Below, piece by piece: positions 27,779-36,754 of a DNA stretch of 39,628 nt (the stretch's first letter is position 1; every line of letters begins with the position of its first letter). Origin of the DNA: Bacteroidia bacterium (GTDB taxonomy: Bacteria; Bacteroidota; Bacteroidia; NS11-12g; UBA9320); contig JABDQY010000114.1 in NCBI GenBank assembly GCA_013042025.1, positions 1 through 39,628 of the forward strand, in the 5' to 3' direction. Position numbers and translations under genes: made by a program. A model generated the notes under the pieces. It saw only the letters and a program-made list of their open reading frames with translations. It did not search any database and was not told where the DNA came from.

Positions 27779-30700
27779 ATGATAAAAAAGGGTTTGTTTT
27801 TCTTGGTGTTGTTATCGATAAGCTCTAGCAGCTGGTCGCAGCAATTATCGATGAAACAAGGAAGCTCAGCCTTTGAATTTATTGAAAACAAGGGTCAATT
27901 TCATCCTTTAGCCAAATACAAAACAAGAATTCCTAATGGAAATTTGTATCTAGAAGGTGGTGGAATTTTGTATGACCTATTTGATTCTGACGACTATCAT
28001 CGAATCCAGCAATGGAAGCATGATCATCCTGCTCAAATGTCTGATGAAGTTGTTGGAAGACATGCGGTACGAATCAAATTTAAAGGAGTCCAGTACGCTC
28101 CAAAGTCCATATCTAGAGATTATTTAGACCATTATTACAATTACTTTCTAGGTTCAAATTCTGATAATTGGGTTAGCAAAGTTTACCCTTCAAGTGAAGT
28201 AGTTTATAAAGATGTTTATCCGGGAATAGATTTTGAAATAAATGGAGCACATTCTGTTAAGTATCAATGGGTTGTAAGAAACCCAACCTATTCAAAAGTA
28301 TCACAAATACAATCAATTATTGAAGGTGCAGATTCTATTAAAATAGAAAATCAACAACTTAAAATATTTACATCAGTAGGTGTATTAATCGATGACATTC
28401 CGTATGCTTATCAAGTTGTAAATGGAACCGTAAATGAAGTACCTTGTACGTATAAACTTCGTGATTCAACTGTTTCTTTTTCACTGCTTGAAAGTATTAA
28501 CCCAGATTACCCTTTGATTATTGATCCTAAACTGATATTCTCTACTTACTCTGGTTCATTGGGAGATAATTTTGGATTTACCGCAACTTATGACTCAAAA
28601 GGAAACCTTTATGCAGGCGGCATAGTGGATGCCTTTGGAAATCTAAATTATCCGGTTACACCTGGTGCATTTCAGACAAATTTTGGAGGAGGTTCTGGTG
28701 TTACACCTGCAAATTTACCATGTGACATCTCATTGAGTAAGTATGATTCTGCCGGAAGTAAACTACTTTGGGCAACATATCTAGGTGGGGCAGAAGACGA
28801 GTATCCACATAGTTTGGTGGTGGATAGAAATGATGACTTGCTGGTTTTTGGCACTTCATTTTCAATGGATTATCCTTATTCAAGTAATGGCTACGATACA
28901 ACGCATAGTGGAGGAACAGATATTATTGTAACGAAATTGTCAGAGGATGGAAGTGTATTAATTGGTTCAACGTTTATTGGTGGAAAAGCGAATGATGGAT
29001 TGAATCAAAACTTGCTATTAAAACATAATTATGCTGACGATTTTAGGGGAGATATAATTACTGACGATGATGGTAATATTTTTGTTGCAACTTGTACATT
29101 ATCAGATTCTTTACCTTTAAAAGATGAAATACAAATAGAGCGAAAAGGAGGGACTGATGGTTATATATTTCAATTAAGTGGAGATTGTTCGGAGTTACTT
29201 TGGGGCACATATTTGGGGGGTACTTCTTCCGATGCCTTGTATAGTATAAAACTGGACCAATTTAATAACATTTACGTTGGAGGAGGGTCTGCAAGTGGAA
29301 ATTTGCCGGGTTCTCAAAACGTAATTTATCCGAATAAAATTGGAGATGTTGATGGTATTATTTCAATCTTTAGCAAAGAAGATAAGAGTTTAAAGAAACT
29401 AACATATTGGGGAACTCCTTCTTATGATCAAATTTATTTTATTGATATCGATTCAAAAAATCGAATTTACGCTACGGGGCAAACCGAAGGGTCAATATCT
29501 CAAACATCCGGAACCTATGGTGGCAGCAACTACGGACAGTTTATTTTTAGAATAGATACTTTACTTGAAACTGTAGATTTTCAGACAACTTTTGGAAATC
29601 GTATACAACAAATAAACTTAGCACCAAGTGCCTTTTTGGTAGACGTTTGTGATCATATTTATTTTTCAGGTTGGGGCTCAATTGTTAGCCCGAATAATCC
29701 TGGAAGCACCCAGGATATGGAAGTAACATCAGACGCAGAACAAGTTGCTACTGATTCCAACGATTTCTATATTCTAGTATTGGATAAAGATGCAAGCGGG
29801 TTATTATATGCTACCTACTTCGGAGGAGATATAACGGATGATCATGTGGATGGAGGAACAAGTAGATTTGACAAGAAAGGTGTTATCTATCAATCAGTTT
29901 GCTCAAGTTGCCCACCCGCGAGAGATGGTCAAACAACTCAGGTAAGCGACTTTCCAACTTCAGTGGGTGCTGCTTTTGAAACCAATCCAAGTATTCGTTG
30001 TAGCAATGCCTCTTTTAAGATAGATCTGCAGATAAAAACTGCAGTTATAGCAGACTTTATTGCTAATCCCAATATAGGATGCAATCCTTTAAATGTGCAG
30101 TTTACGAATAGGAGTATTCTAGGAGAAACGCTCTTATGGGAGTTTGGGGATGGTGATACTTCTACCGAGATAAATCCAACACATACATACATTGAACCAG
30201 GGTTGTTCACAGTTCGATTAACTGTAATTGATTCAAATACCTGTAATATTTCGTCCATATATGAGCGTCAAATTCTGGTTATTGAACAATCGATTACAGA
30301 TTTTGCTGCCAGTTATGATGTATGTAAAGCCGAATTCGAATTAGTTAATAATTCACAGAATGCCCTCACTTATAATTGGTACTTTGGTGATGGGAATACA
30401 TCTACTGATAAAACACCGAAACATGAGTATTCTGAAACTGGAACTTATTCAGTTAAATTAGTTGTAAATGAAGGGATGCGTTGTGAAAGTTCAGATTCCC
30501 AGGAGGTTGTAATAAGCGGTGATGCAAAACCAGAAATTACATTGTACAATGTTTTTACACCAAATGGAGATGGACTAAATGATTGTTTTTGGTTAGACGG
30601 AATAAACTTGGAATGTTCAGAATATGAATTAAAAATCTTTAATCGCTGGGGTGAAAAAGTATTTCATTCATTTGAGATTAATGAATGTTGGAACGGAAAT

Positions 30701-30817
30701 GTATTTAATACTAAACAGGTTCTACCTGGGGGTACTTACTTCTATATTGTGAATTTAGGAAAAAATAGTGTAAATTTGGACACTTATTCAGGTACTATTA
30801 CCTTAATAAAAGATTAA
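27779..30817 (+). CDS. Large secreted protein with an FIENKGQ-type N-terminal domain, SBBP-like beta-propeller repeats, two PKD domains and a T9SS type B (gliding-motility-associated) C-terminal domain
   Basis: The signal peptide is MIKKGLFFLVLLSISSSSWSQ, followed by the FEFIENKGQF hallmark. The PKD motifs are WEFGDGDTS...HTY and WYFGDGNTS...HEY. The C-terminus NVFTPNGDGLNDCF...KIFNRWGEKVF...WNG...GGTYFYIV matches the type B CTD. Confidence 0.85.
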   Translation: MIKKGLFFLVLLSISSSSWSQQLSMKQGSSAFEFIENKGQFHPLAKYKTRIPNGNLYLEGGGILYDLFDSDDYHRIQQWKHDHPAQMSDEVVGRHAVRIKFKGVQYAPKSISRDYLDHYYNYFLGSNSDNWVSKVYPSSEVVYKDVYPGIDFEINGAHSVKYQWVVRNPTYSKVSQIQSIIEGADSIKIENQQLKIFTSVGVLIDDIPYAYQVVNGTVNEVPCTYKLRDSTVSFSLLESINPDYPLIIDPKLIFSTYSGSLGDNFGFTATYDSKGNLYAGGIVDAFGNLNYPVTPGAFQTNFGGGSGVTPANLPCDISLSKYDSAGSKLLWATYLGGAEDEYPHSLVVDRNDDLLVFGTSFSMDYPYSSNGYDTTHSGGTDIIVTKLSEDGSVLIGSTFIGGKANDGLNQNLLLKHNYADDFRGDIITDDDGNIFVATCTLSDSLPLKDEIQIERKGGTDGYIFQLSGDCSELLWGTYLGGTSSDALYSIKLDQFNNIYVGGGSASGNLPGSQNVIYPNKIGDVDGIISIFSKEDKSLKKLTYWGTPSYDQIYFIDIDSKNRIYATGQTEGSISQTSGTYGGSNYGQFIFRIDTLLETVDFQTTFGNRIQQINLAPSAFLVDVCDHIYFSGWGSIVSPNNPGSTQDMEVTSDAEQVATDSNDFYILVLDKDASGLLYATYFGGDITDDHVDGGTSRFDKKGVIYQSVCSSCPPARDGQTTQVSDFPTSVGAAFETNPSIRCSNASFKIDLQIKTAVIADFIANPNIGCNPLNVQFTNRSILGETLLWEFGDGDTSTEINPTHTYIEPGLFTVRLTVIDSNTCNISSIYERQILVIEQSITDFAASYDVCKAEFELVNNSQNALTYNWYFGDGNTSTDKTPKHEYSETGTYSVKLVVNEGMRCESSDSQEVVISGDAKPEITLYNVFTPNGDGLNDCFWLDGINLECSEYELKIFNRWGEKVFHSFEINECWNGNVFNTKQVLPGGTYFYIVNLGKNSVNLDTYSGTITLIKD

Positions 30818-30834
30818 ACTACAATTTAACTACA

Positions 30835-33800
30835 ATGAAAAAACACTACTTGTTAATTGCCATTTCTGTGGTAACAATTTTCTCAATTAACCATTTTTTT
30901 AATTCAAGTTTTCAAGATTCTCAAGAGGAGGACTCATCTAAATTAGATAAAAAAACCAGAACAGATTTAGCCAATGCTCAAAACTTTCAAATGATCGTTG
31001 ATCCAGCAACCGGTGAGGTGCCAAGAGAACGATTATGGAAAACTGTTGACCTCTTAAAAATGCAAGAAGGAAGCAGAAATAAAGCTGCAATTGCTGATGT
31101 TGTTTGGTCCGAAAGAGGGCCCAATAATGTAGGGGGTAGAACACGAGCAATTATGTTTGACCCAAATGATGCAACCAAGTCTAGAGTGTTTTCTGCTGGT
31201 GTTGCAGGAGGATTATGGGTATGTGAAAATATTTACGCCACAACACCTTCGTGGACTGCAATTGATGACTTTTTTGATAACTTAGCAATAACAACCTTAG
31301 CGTTTGACCCAGTTGATTCGGATACAATGTATTTTGGAACAGGAGAAGGGTATTCCAATTTGGATGCAGTGCGAGGAGATGGTATTTGGAGAAGTTTAGA
31401 CGGCGGTGACACATGGACACAGCTTTCAAGTACCACAGGTTCTAGTTTTAACTATGTTCAGAAAGTGGCAGTTGATGGTTCAGGAAATGTTTATGCTGCA
31501 ACAAGAAGCGGTGTTTATAAATCAATCAATCAAGGAACTTCATGGTCAACAATCCTTTCAACAAGCATTCCAGCTATTGGCGTAAAAGCTAGTACTAACA
31601 ATGCAGCGGATATAGAAATAGCTGCGAATGGAGATATTTATGTTGCTATGGGAATTTTCTCTACCGATGGTGTTTATAAGAGCACAAATGGAGGTACTTC
31701 ATGGACCAAAGTGTATACAGCAAGTGGTGAGCAGCGAATTGAAATTGCTTGTGCACCTTCAAATAGTTCTTATGTCTACATGATTACTCAAAGTTCTTCT
31801 ACAAGAGCTGCAGCTTCTGTACAGCGAACTACGAACAGCGGATCTTCTTGGAGCTCATTAAGCAACCCAAATGATGGCGTAGGCGGAAGCAATTTCTGCA
31901 GAAACCAAGCTTGGTACGATATAAGTTTAGAAGTTGATCCTACAGATGCAGACAATGCCTATATAGGAGGAGTAGATTTATTTAAGACTACAAACGGCGG
32001 GTCATCATGGACTCAAGTTTCTCATTGGTATGGAGGCGGAGGCTTTCCTGAGGTACATGCCGATCAGCACATAGCATTATTTGCCTCAGGAAGCTCAGAT
32101 ACAATGGTGTTTGGAAATGATGGAGGAATTTATGTAACTACAAATGCGTCAAGTTCTACTCCAAGTTTCTCTCATCAAGTAGCATCTTACAATGTAACAC
32201 AATTTTATTCTGGAGCTATTCATCCTACGGCATATCAGCATTATTTTATAGCTGGATCTCAAGATAATGGTAGCCAGCGATTTAATTCATTTGGAGTAAA
32301 TTCTACGGATGAAGTAACGGGAGGTGATGGTGCATTTGTGCATATAGATCAAGCAGACCCAACATATCAATATACTTCATATGTATATAACCAGTATAGA
32401 AGATCAGCAAATAATTGGTCATCATATACATCTGTAAACATAAGTAGCAGTGCTGGTAAGTTTATTAATCCCACAGATTATGATAACAATGCTCAGATAA
32501 TGTATTGTTCCTGGAACGCAGATACTTTTATGCGATGGACAAATCCTCGCTCTGGATCTTCCTATTCTTTGGTGGAGTTTGGTTCTTCTTCAGGGGAAGT
32601 TTCAACTGTTGCTTGCGATCCCAACACAGCAAACAGAATTTACCTTGGAACAGATGATGGCGAAATATGGAAAATTGATAATGCTCATAGCACAGTAACA
32701 GCAACAGATGTTACGCCATCTGGAATGGGGGCTTATCATTATGTAAGTTGCATAGCAATTCAAAATGGAGATGCAAATCACCTACTAGCAACAGTTTCAA
32801 ATTATGGGGTTACTTCGGTATATGAGTCAACAGACGCAGGTTCTAGTTGGACAAGTGTAGAAGGTAACTTACCAGACATGCCTGTTCGCTGGGCAATATT
32901 TAGCCCGATAGGCGGAGATAGTGCATTGCTTGCAACAGAGCTAGGTGTATGGTCTACCGATAACTTGAATGGAGGTTCAACAAATTGGGCAGCAACAAAT
33001 ACAGGTTTAGCAAATGTCAGAACGGATATGCTTCAAGTTAGAATGAGCGATTCTACTGTGATTGCCGCAACTCATGGAAGGGGATTGTATTCGTGCAGCT
33101 TTAGTGAAATTGTAAGTCCTGGATTTATGACGGATAAGGCTGTTGTGTATCCATGTGAAACTGTAATCTTTACAGATACTTCGATTGGTGCAACTTCTTG
33201 GGCTTGGGATTTTAACAATGATGGTAATACCGATGCCACTTCTCAAAATCCAACATGGACATACAACACTAGTGGTTACAAAACTGTTAAACTGGTGATA
33301 AATGGAACAGATTCCATTGTATCTACTAATCACGTTACTGTTTTACCAAAATTAGGAACACCGTATACCGCAGCTGATGGTGGAGATTTCGAAAGTAACT
33401 TTTGGCATTTTGGAAGTAATGCAACTATAGGAACAAACATTTGGGAAAGAGGAACTCCTACAAACGCAATTACCACACTCAACTCAAATTCCAACGGATG
33501 GAAAACAGATTTAGATGAAGATTGTCCTGATGAAACAATTGAGGCACATTTATATACTCCTAGCTTTAATATGTCAGCAAGTGGAACTTATACTTTATCA
33601 TTTAGAAAAAGCATGGAATGGTTCTACTCAAATGCACCATACACTGTTATTGTAGAATATTCAATCAATAGCGGAAGTTCATGGTCCAAACTAGGAACAT
33701 CTCCTGATGCTAATGGAACAAATTGGTATGCAAATACAGGTATTCACACTTTGCTTTTAGCGGATCAAACTGGTTTTTTAGAAAGTGCTTCAAACGAACT

Positions 33801-35007
33801 TACCCAGTACAATGTTAGCTCATTGGCTGGCAATCATGATGTTCGATTTAGATTTACCTATATATCAAATAGTGCATTTGGATCACTAGGATTTGTTGAT
33901 GGTTTTATGATTGATGATTTTGCCCTTTCTGGACCTGCAAATGAAGCAAATGCTTGGGAGGTTGAGACATTATTAAACGCATCATCAACCGAATATCTGG
34001 GACCCAACGACACGGTAAATTTTATCTCTGATAATTGTAAAATAATTGCTCAAGTAATTAATTTAAGTGCACATGATTATGGAATGACTACCGTAACAAT
34101 TGATAATGCGGGTTCCGGTACTATGGATTTTAGTACGAATACAGATGCGGCTAAGGAGATATTGGAAAAAACCATTATGATAACACCCACTACAAATAAT
34201 GCTTCGGGGTCGGTTAAAATATCGAATTACTATACCAATGCTGAAAATTCTGCATGGAAAACAAATACTGGATGGAATAGTGCAGATCTCACCCAAATAA
34301 AGTCATCCGTAGCAATTAGTTCTGCTACATTAGCAAATACGGTATATGGCACAGGTGCAGTTGTAGATAGCACGTACGCTGGAAACAACGTAAGCATTAC
34401 ATGTTCTTATACCAATGGTTTTTCAGGACTTGGAGCCGGAAAAAGTGGAAGTACGGGCCCATTGCCGTTACAATTATTGAGTTTTGAAGGAAAACGTTAT
34501 TTGACTCATTCCATGTTACAATGGCAGACCTCAATGGAGAAAAACAGCTCTCATTTTGAAATTGAAAGACGAGTTGGAAATGAATTTATGAAAGTTGGAA
34601 GAGTTGATGCATCAACTAATTCGTCAAGCATAACCAACTATTCCTTTAAGGATGCTAACGAACTGTCAAATGAAAACGTTTTATTGTATCGTTTAAAAAT
34701 GATAGACCATGATGGTTCATTTGAATATAGCAATGTTCTTTCCCTTAACTTAGACCCTAATGAAGTAAGGTCAATAGTTCTTCCAAATCCTATACATGAT
34801 GAGCTAACTGTAACCCTAAACGACAAGAATATCAAACCTTTCGATTTGGTGTTTACCAATATAGAAGGAATAGAAATGAAGCGAATGACAAACGTTGTAA
34901 GTTCTCAAAAGATTTATGTTGGAGACTTATCAAGCGGGCTCTATTTTTTAACTATTTCAAGAGTAAATGGTTTAATTGAAACAAAGAAAATTACAGTTCT
35001 GAGGTAA
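30835..35007 (+). CDS. Very large secreted BNR/Asp-box (VPS10/GH74-like) beta-propeller protein with PKD, a MAM-like domain, a pre-CTD Ig-like domain and a T9SS type A C-terminal sorting domain
   Basis: The Asp-boxes are SLDGGDTWTQ, SINQGTSWST, STNGGTSWTK, TTNSGSSWSS, TTNGGSSWTQ and STDAGSSWTS. The PKD motif is WAWDFNNDGNTD...WTY. The MAM-like end reads GFVDGFMIDDFALSG. The pre-CTD domain reads LPLQLLSFEGK...FEIERR...YRLKMIDHDGSFEYS. The CTD reads LPNPIHDELTV...SGLYFLTI...KKITVLR. The gene starts 17 nt after the previous gene. Confidence 0.85.
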   Translation: MKKHYLLIAISVVTIFSINHFFNSSFQDSQEEDSSKLDKKTRTDLANAQNFQMIVDPATGEVPRERLWKTVDLLKMQEGSRNKAAIADVVWSERGPNNVGGRTRAIMFDPNDATKSRVFSAGVAGGLWVCENIYATTPSWTAIDDFFDNLAITTLAFDPVDSDTMYFGTGEGYSNLDAVRGDGIWRSLDGGDTWTQLSSTTGSSFNYVQKVAVDGSGNVYAATRSGVYKSINQGTSWSTILSTSIPAIGVKASTNNAADIEIAANGDIYVAMGIFSTDGVYKSTNGGTSWTKVYTASGEQRIEIACAPSNSSYVYMITQSSSTRAAASVQRTTNSGSSWSSLSNPNDGVGGSNFCRNQAWYDISLEVDPTDADNAYIGGVDLFKTTNGGSSWTQVSHWYGGGGFPEVHADQHIALFASGSSDTMVFGNDGGIYVTTNASSSTPSFSHQVASYNVTQFYSGAIHPTAYQHYFIAGSQDNGSQRFNSFGVNSTDEVTGGDGAFVHIDQADPTYQYTSYVYNQYRRSANNWSSYTSVNISSSAGKFINPTDYDNNAQIMYCSWNADTFMRWTNPRSGSSYSLVEFGSSSGEVSTVACDPNTANRIYLGTDDGEIWKIDNAHSTVTATDVTPSGMGAYHYVSCIAIQNGDANHLLATVSNYGVTSVYESTDAGSSWTSVEGNLPDMPVRWAIFSPIGGDSALLATELGVWSTDNLNGGSTNWAATNTGLANVRTDMLQVRMSDSTVIAATHGRGLYSCSFSEIVSPGFMTDKAVVYPCETVIFTDTSIGATSWAWDFNNDGNTDATSQNPTWTYNTSGYKTVKLVINGTDSIVSTNHVTVLPKLGTPYTAADGGDFESNFWHFGSNATIGTNIWERGTPTNAITTLNSNSNGWKTDLDEDCPDETIEAHLYTPSFNMSASGTYTLSFRKSMEWFYSNAPYTVIVEYSINSGSSWSKLGTSPDANGTNWYANTGIHTLLLADQTGFLESASNELTQYNVSSLAGNHDVRFRFTYISNSAFGSLGFVDGFMIDDFALSGPANEANAWEVETLLNASSTEYLGPNDTVNFISDNCKIIAQVINLSAHDYGMTTVTIDNAGSGTMDFSTNTDAAKEILEKTIMITPTTNNASGSVKISNYYTNAENSAWKTNTGWNSADLTQIKSSVAISSATLANTVYGTGAVVDSTYAGNNVSITCSYTNGFSGLGAGKSGSTGPLPLQLLSFEGKRYLTHSMLQWQTSMEKNSSHFEIERRVGNEFMKVGRVDASTNSSSITNYSFKDANELSNENVLLYRLKMIDHDGSFEYSNVLSLNLDPNEVRSIVLPNPIHDELTVTLNDKNIKPFDLVFTNIEGIEMKRMTNVVSSQKIYVGDLSSGLYFLTISRVNGLIETKKITVLR

Positions 35008-35026
35008 GGACCGAAAGTTGTAGAAT

Positions 35027-35058
35027 AAAAAAGGTGCTGAGTTTTCAGCACCTTTTTT
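35027..35058 (+). terminator. Strong intrinsic terminator, symmetric A6-stem-T6, after the 1390-aa gene
   Basis: The sequence is AAAAAAGGTGCTGA-GTTT-TCAGCACCTTTTTT. The stem is perfect. It starts 20 nt after the stop at 35007. Confidence 0.8.
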
Positions 35059-35065
35059 AATTTTG
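35058..35065 (+). promoter_or_regulatory. -7 box TAATTTTG for the BNR-repeat gene, overlapping the terminator T-tail
   Basis: An exact TAnnTTTG lies 4 nt upstream of the GTG at 35070. Confidence 0.45.
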
Positions 35066-35069
35066 TTAG

Positions 35070-36614
35070 GTGAAATATCTCTTATCACTCATTTTAACAT
35101 ACTTCACTTTTTGCGGGTTTAGCCAAGTTCACCATGTTTCAATAAATAAGGATAAGAACAATCCAAATGAACCAACTATTGCTATAAATCCAATAAACAG
35201 TGGGGATGTAGTTGCTGCATCCAATATAGATAATATATATACTTCTAGAGATTCGGGGAAAACCTGGAGATACACAAAGGCAAGTTCTAAGTATGGTGTA
35301 TATGGTGATCCTGTATTAGATTACTCAAGTGGTGCATTATTTTATGCTCATTTATCAAAAACACCCAACAAAGAATATGGTGCGTGGTTTGATAGAATAG
35401 TGGTCCAGCAAATACTAAACCTTGACCCATGGCAAGAGAAATCGTATAGCGTTGGATATAATAACAACAAAATGCAAGATAAGCCATGGTTAAGCACAGA
35501 TATCGTTTCTGAAAAATCTAAAGGAAATGTTTATGTAACCTGGACTGAATTTGACAAGTACAATAGCTCGGCGATTGAAGATCGAAGTAGAATTCGTTTC
35601 TCTAGGTATACCCCAAAAACAGATACTTTTTCTGAAGGGATAACAATTTCTGACACTACAGGTGATTGCTTGGATGGTGACAATACCTTAGAAGGGGCAA
35701 CAACCGCCATAGGTAAAAATGGAGATATATATGCAGTTTGGGCTGGGCACAATAAAATTTGGTTCGACAAGAGCTTTGATGGAGGAGTTTCATGGAACAA
35801 AGACATTGAAATAGCGGAACAAACAAAAGGATGGGAAATGGAAATGCCGAATATTTTTAGAGCCAATGGAATGCCCTTTATTCAATGTGATACCGAACGC
35901 AATATTATTTATGTATGTTGGGCTGATGAGTTTGAAGGGAATGCAGATATATGGTTGAAATACAGTAAAGATCAAGGTAGGTCCTGGAGTAAAAGAGTTC
36001 GGTTAAATAAAGACAGTACAGCATCGCACCAATATTTTCCGAATATGGCAATTAACAAAGCAACGGGTGAGATTTTGGTTGCATTTTATGACCAACGGCA
36101 CTCTTCATTAAATGTGTTTTACGATATTTACTTAGCAAGTTTTTCGGTTGATTCAAACCTTAAAAACTATAGAATTACTCAAAAAAGCATTCCACTTCCT
36201 GGAGCCGATTATTTCTATGGAGACTACGTGGATTTAGATATTCAGAATAACTTACTGGCAGTAGTTTATCCTACGTTTAGCTTAGATAATTCTTCCGATA
36301 TTGAAGTGGCTTTAGTTTATAATTTCCCGTCTCAATATGTTAATCCTACTACAAAAGTGAATGGGATAAATGTGCTTAAAAATAAAGATTCTTCTTTTGT
36401 TTATATCAATGAACAATATCCATATTCACTTAAACTGAAGGTTAAAAGTGGTAAATTATTCGGTGTAAAAAAGAAAGTGATTCGAATTAAGAAAGAAGAT
36501 GTTCAAAAGGACCGTGATTTGCAAATTGGAACTTTCCCGTTCACATCCTACTACAAGCTAAAATACACCCTTATTAACCTGGATAATAAGCAGAAGTTTA
36601 AACACAAATTCTAA
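35070..36614 (+). CDS. Secreted BNR/Asp-box repeat (sialidase-fold) protein with no T9SS C-terminal domain
   Basis: The protein starts at a GTG with the signal peptide KYLLSLILTYFTFCGFSQ. The Asp-boxes are SRDSGKTWRY, SFDGGVSWNK and SKDQGRSWSK. I saw no FRIP motif, so sialidase activity is not implied. The C-terminal tail of about 90 aa is lysine-rich. Confidence 0.7.
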   Translation: MKYLLSLILTYFTFCGFSQVHHVSINKDKNNPNEPTIAINPINSGDVVAASNIDNIYTSRDSGKTWRYTKASSKYGVYGDPVLDYSSGALFYAHLSKTPNKEYGAWFDRIVVQQILNLDPWQEKSYSVGYNNNKMQDKPWLSTDIVSEKSKGNVYVTWTEFDKYNSSAIEDRSRIRFSRYTPKTDTFSEGITISDTTGDCLDGDNTLEGATTAIGKNGDIYAVWAGHNKIWFDKSFDGGVSWNKDIEIAEQTKGWEMEMPNIFRANGMPFIQCDTERNIIYVCWADEFEGNADIWLKYSKDQGRSWSKRVRLNKDSTASHQYFPNMAINKATGEILVAFYDQRHSSLNVFYDIYLASFSVDSNLKNYRITQKSIPLPGADYFYGDYVDLDIQNNLLAVVYPTFSLDNSSDIEVALVYNFPSQYVNPTTKVNGINVLKNKDSSFVYINEQYPYSLKLKVKSGKLFGVKKKVIRIKKEDVQKDRDLQIGTFPFTSYYKLKYTLINLDNKQKFKHKF

Positions 36615-36754
36615 GTTCTCTCTGTTTGGGAATAAAATATTCGATATAAATTTACGTAAGATACTGATAGTCAACAAAATGAATATGAAACATTTACTTT
36701 GATTTTTAGCTTCAAAAAAACGTAATTTGCAGACTATTTTTAAACAGACTCAAA

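Noticed and set aside
30817-30836. A 9-bp direct repeat, aactacaat x2, spanning the stop of one giant gene and the ATG of the next
   Set aside because: It is very short and AT-rich, has no further copies that I noticed, and is plausibly chance. It might contribute A-rich translation-initiation context, but there is nothing more to support that.
31000-34500. Visibly higher G+C in the 1390-aa BNR gene than in neighbours such as the kinase gene. Spot counts of a few 60-nt lines gave about 42-47% against about 32%. This might indicate horizontal transfer.
   Set aside because: The protein is very rich in Gly, Ala, Ser and Thr, which raises GC at codon positions 1 and 2. I counted only a few lines by hand. 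The gene is flanked by same-strand genes with normal signals and no mobility genes. A proper GC3 and codon-usage calculation is needed before claiming transfer.
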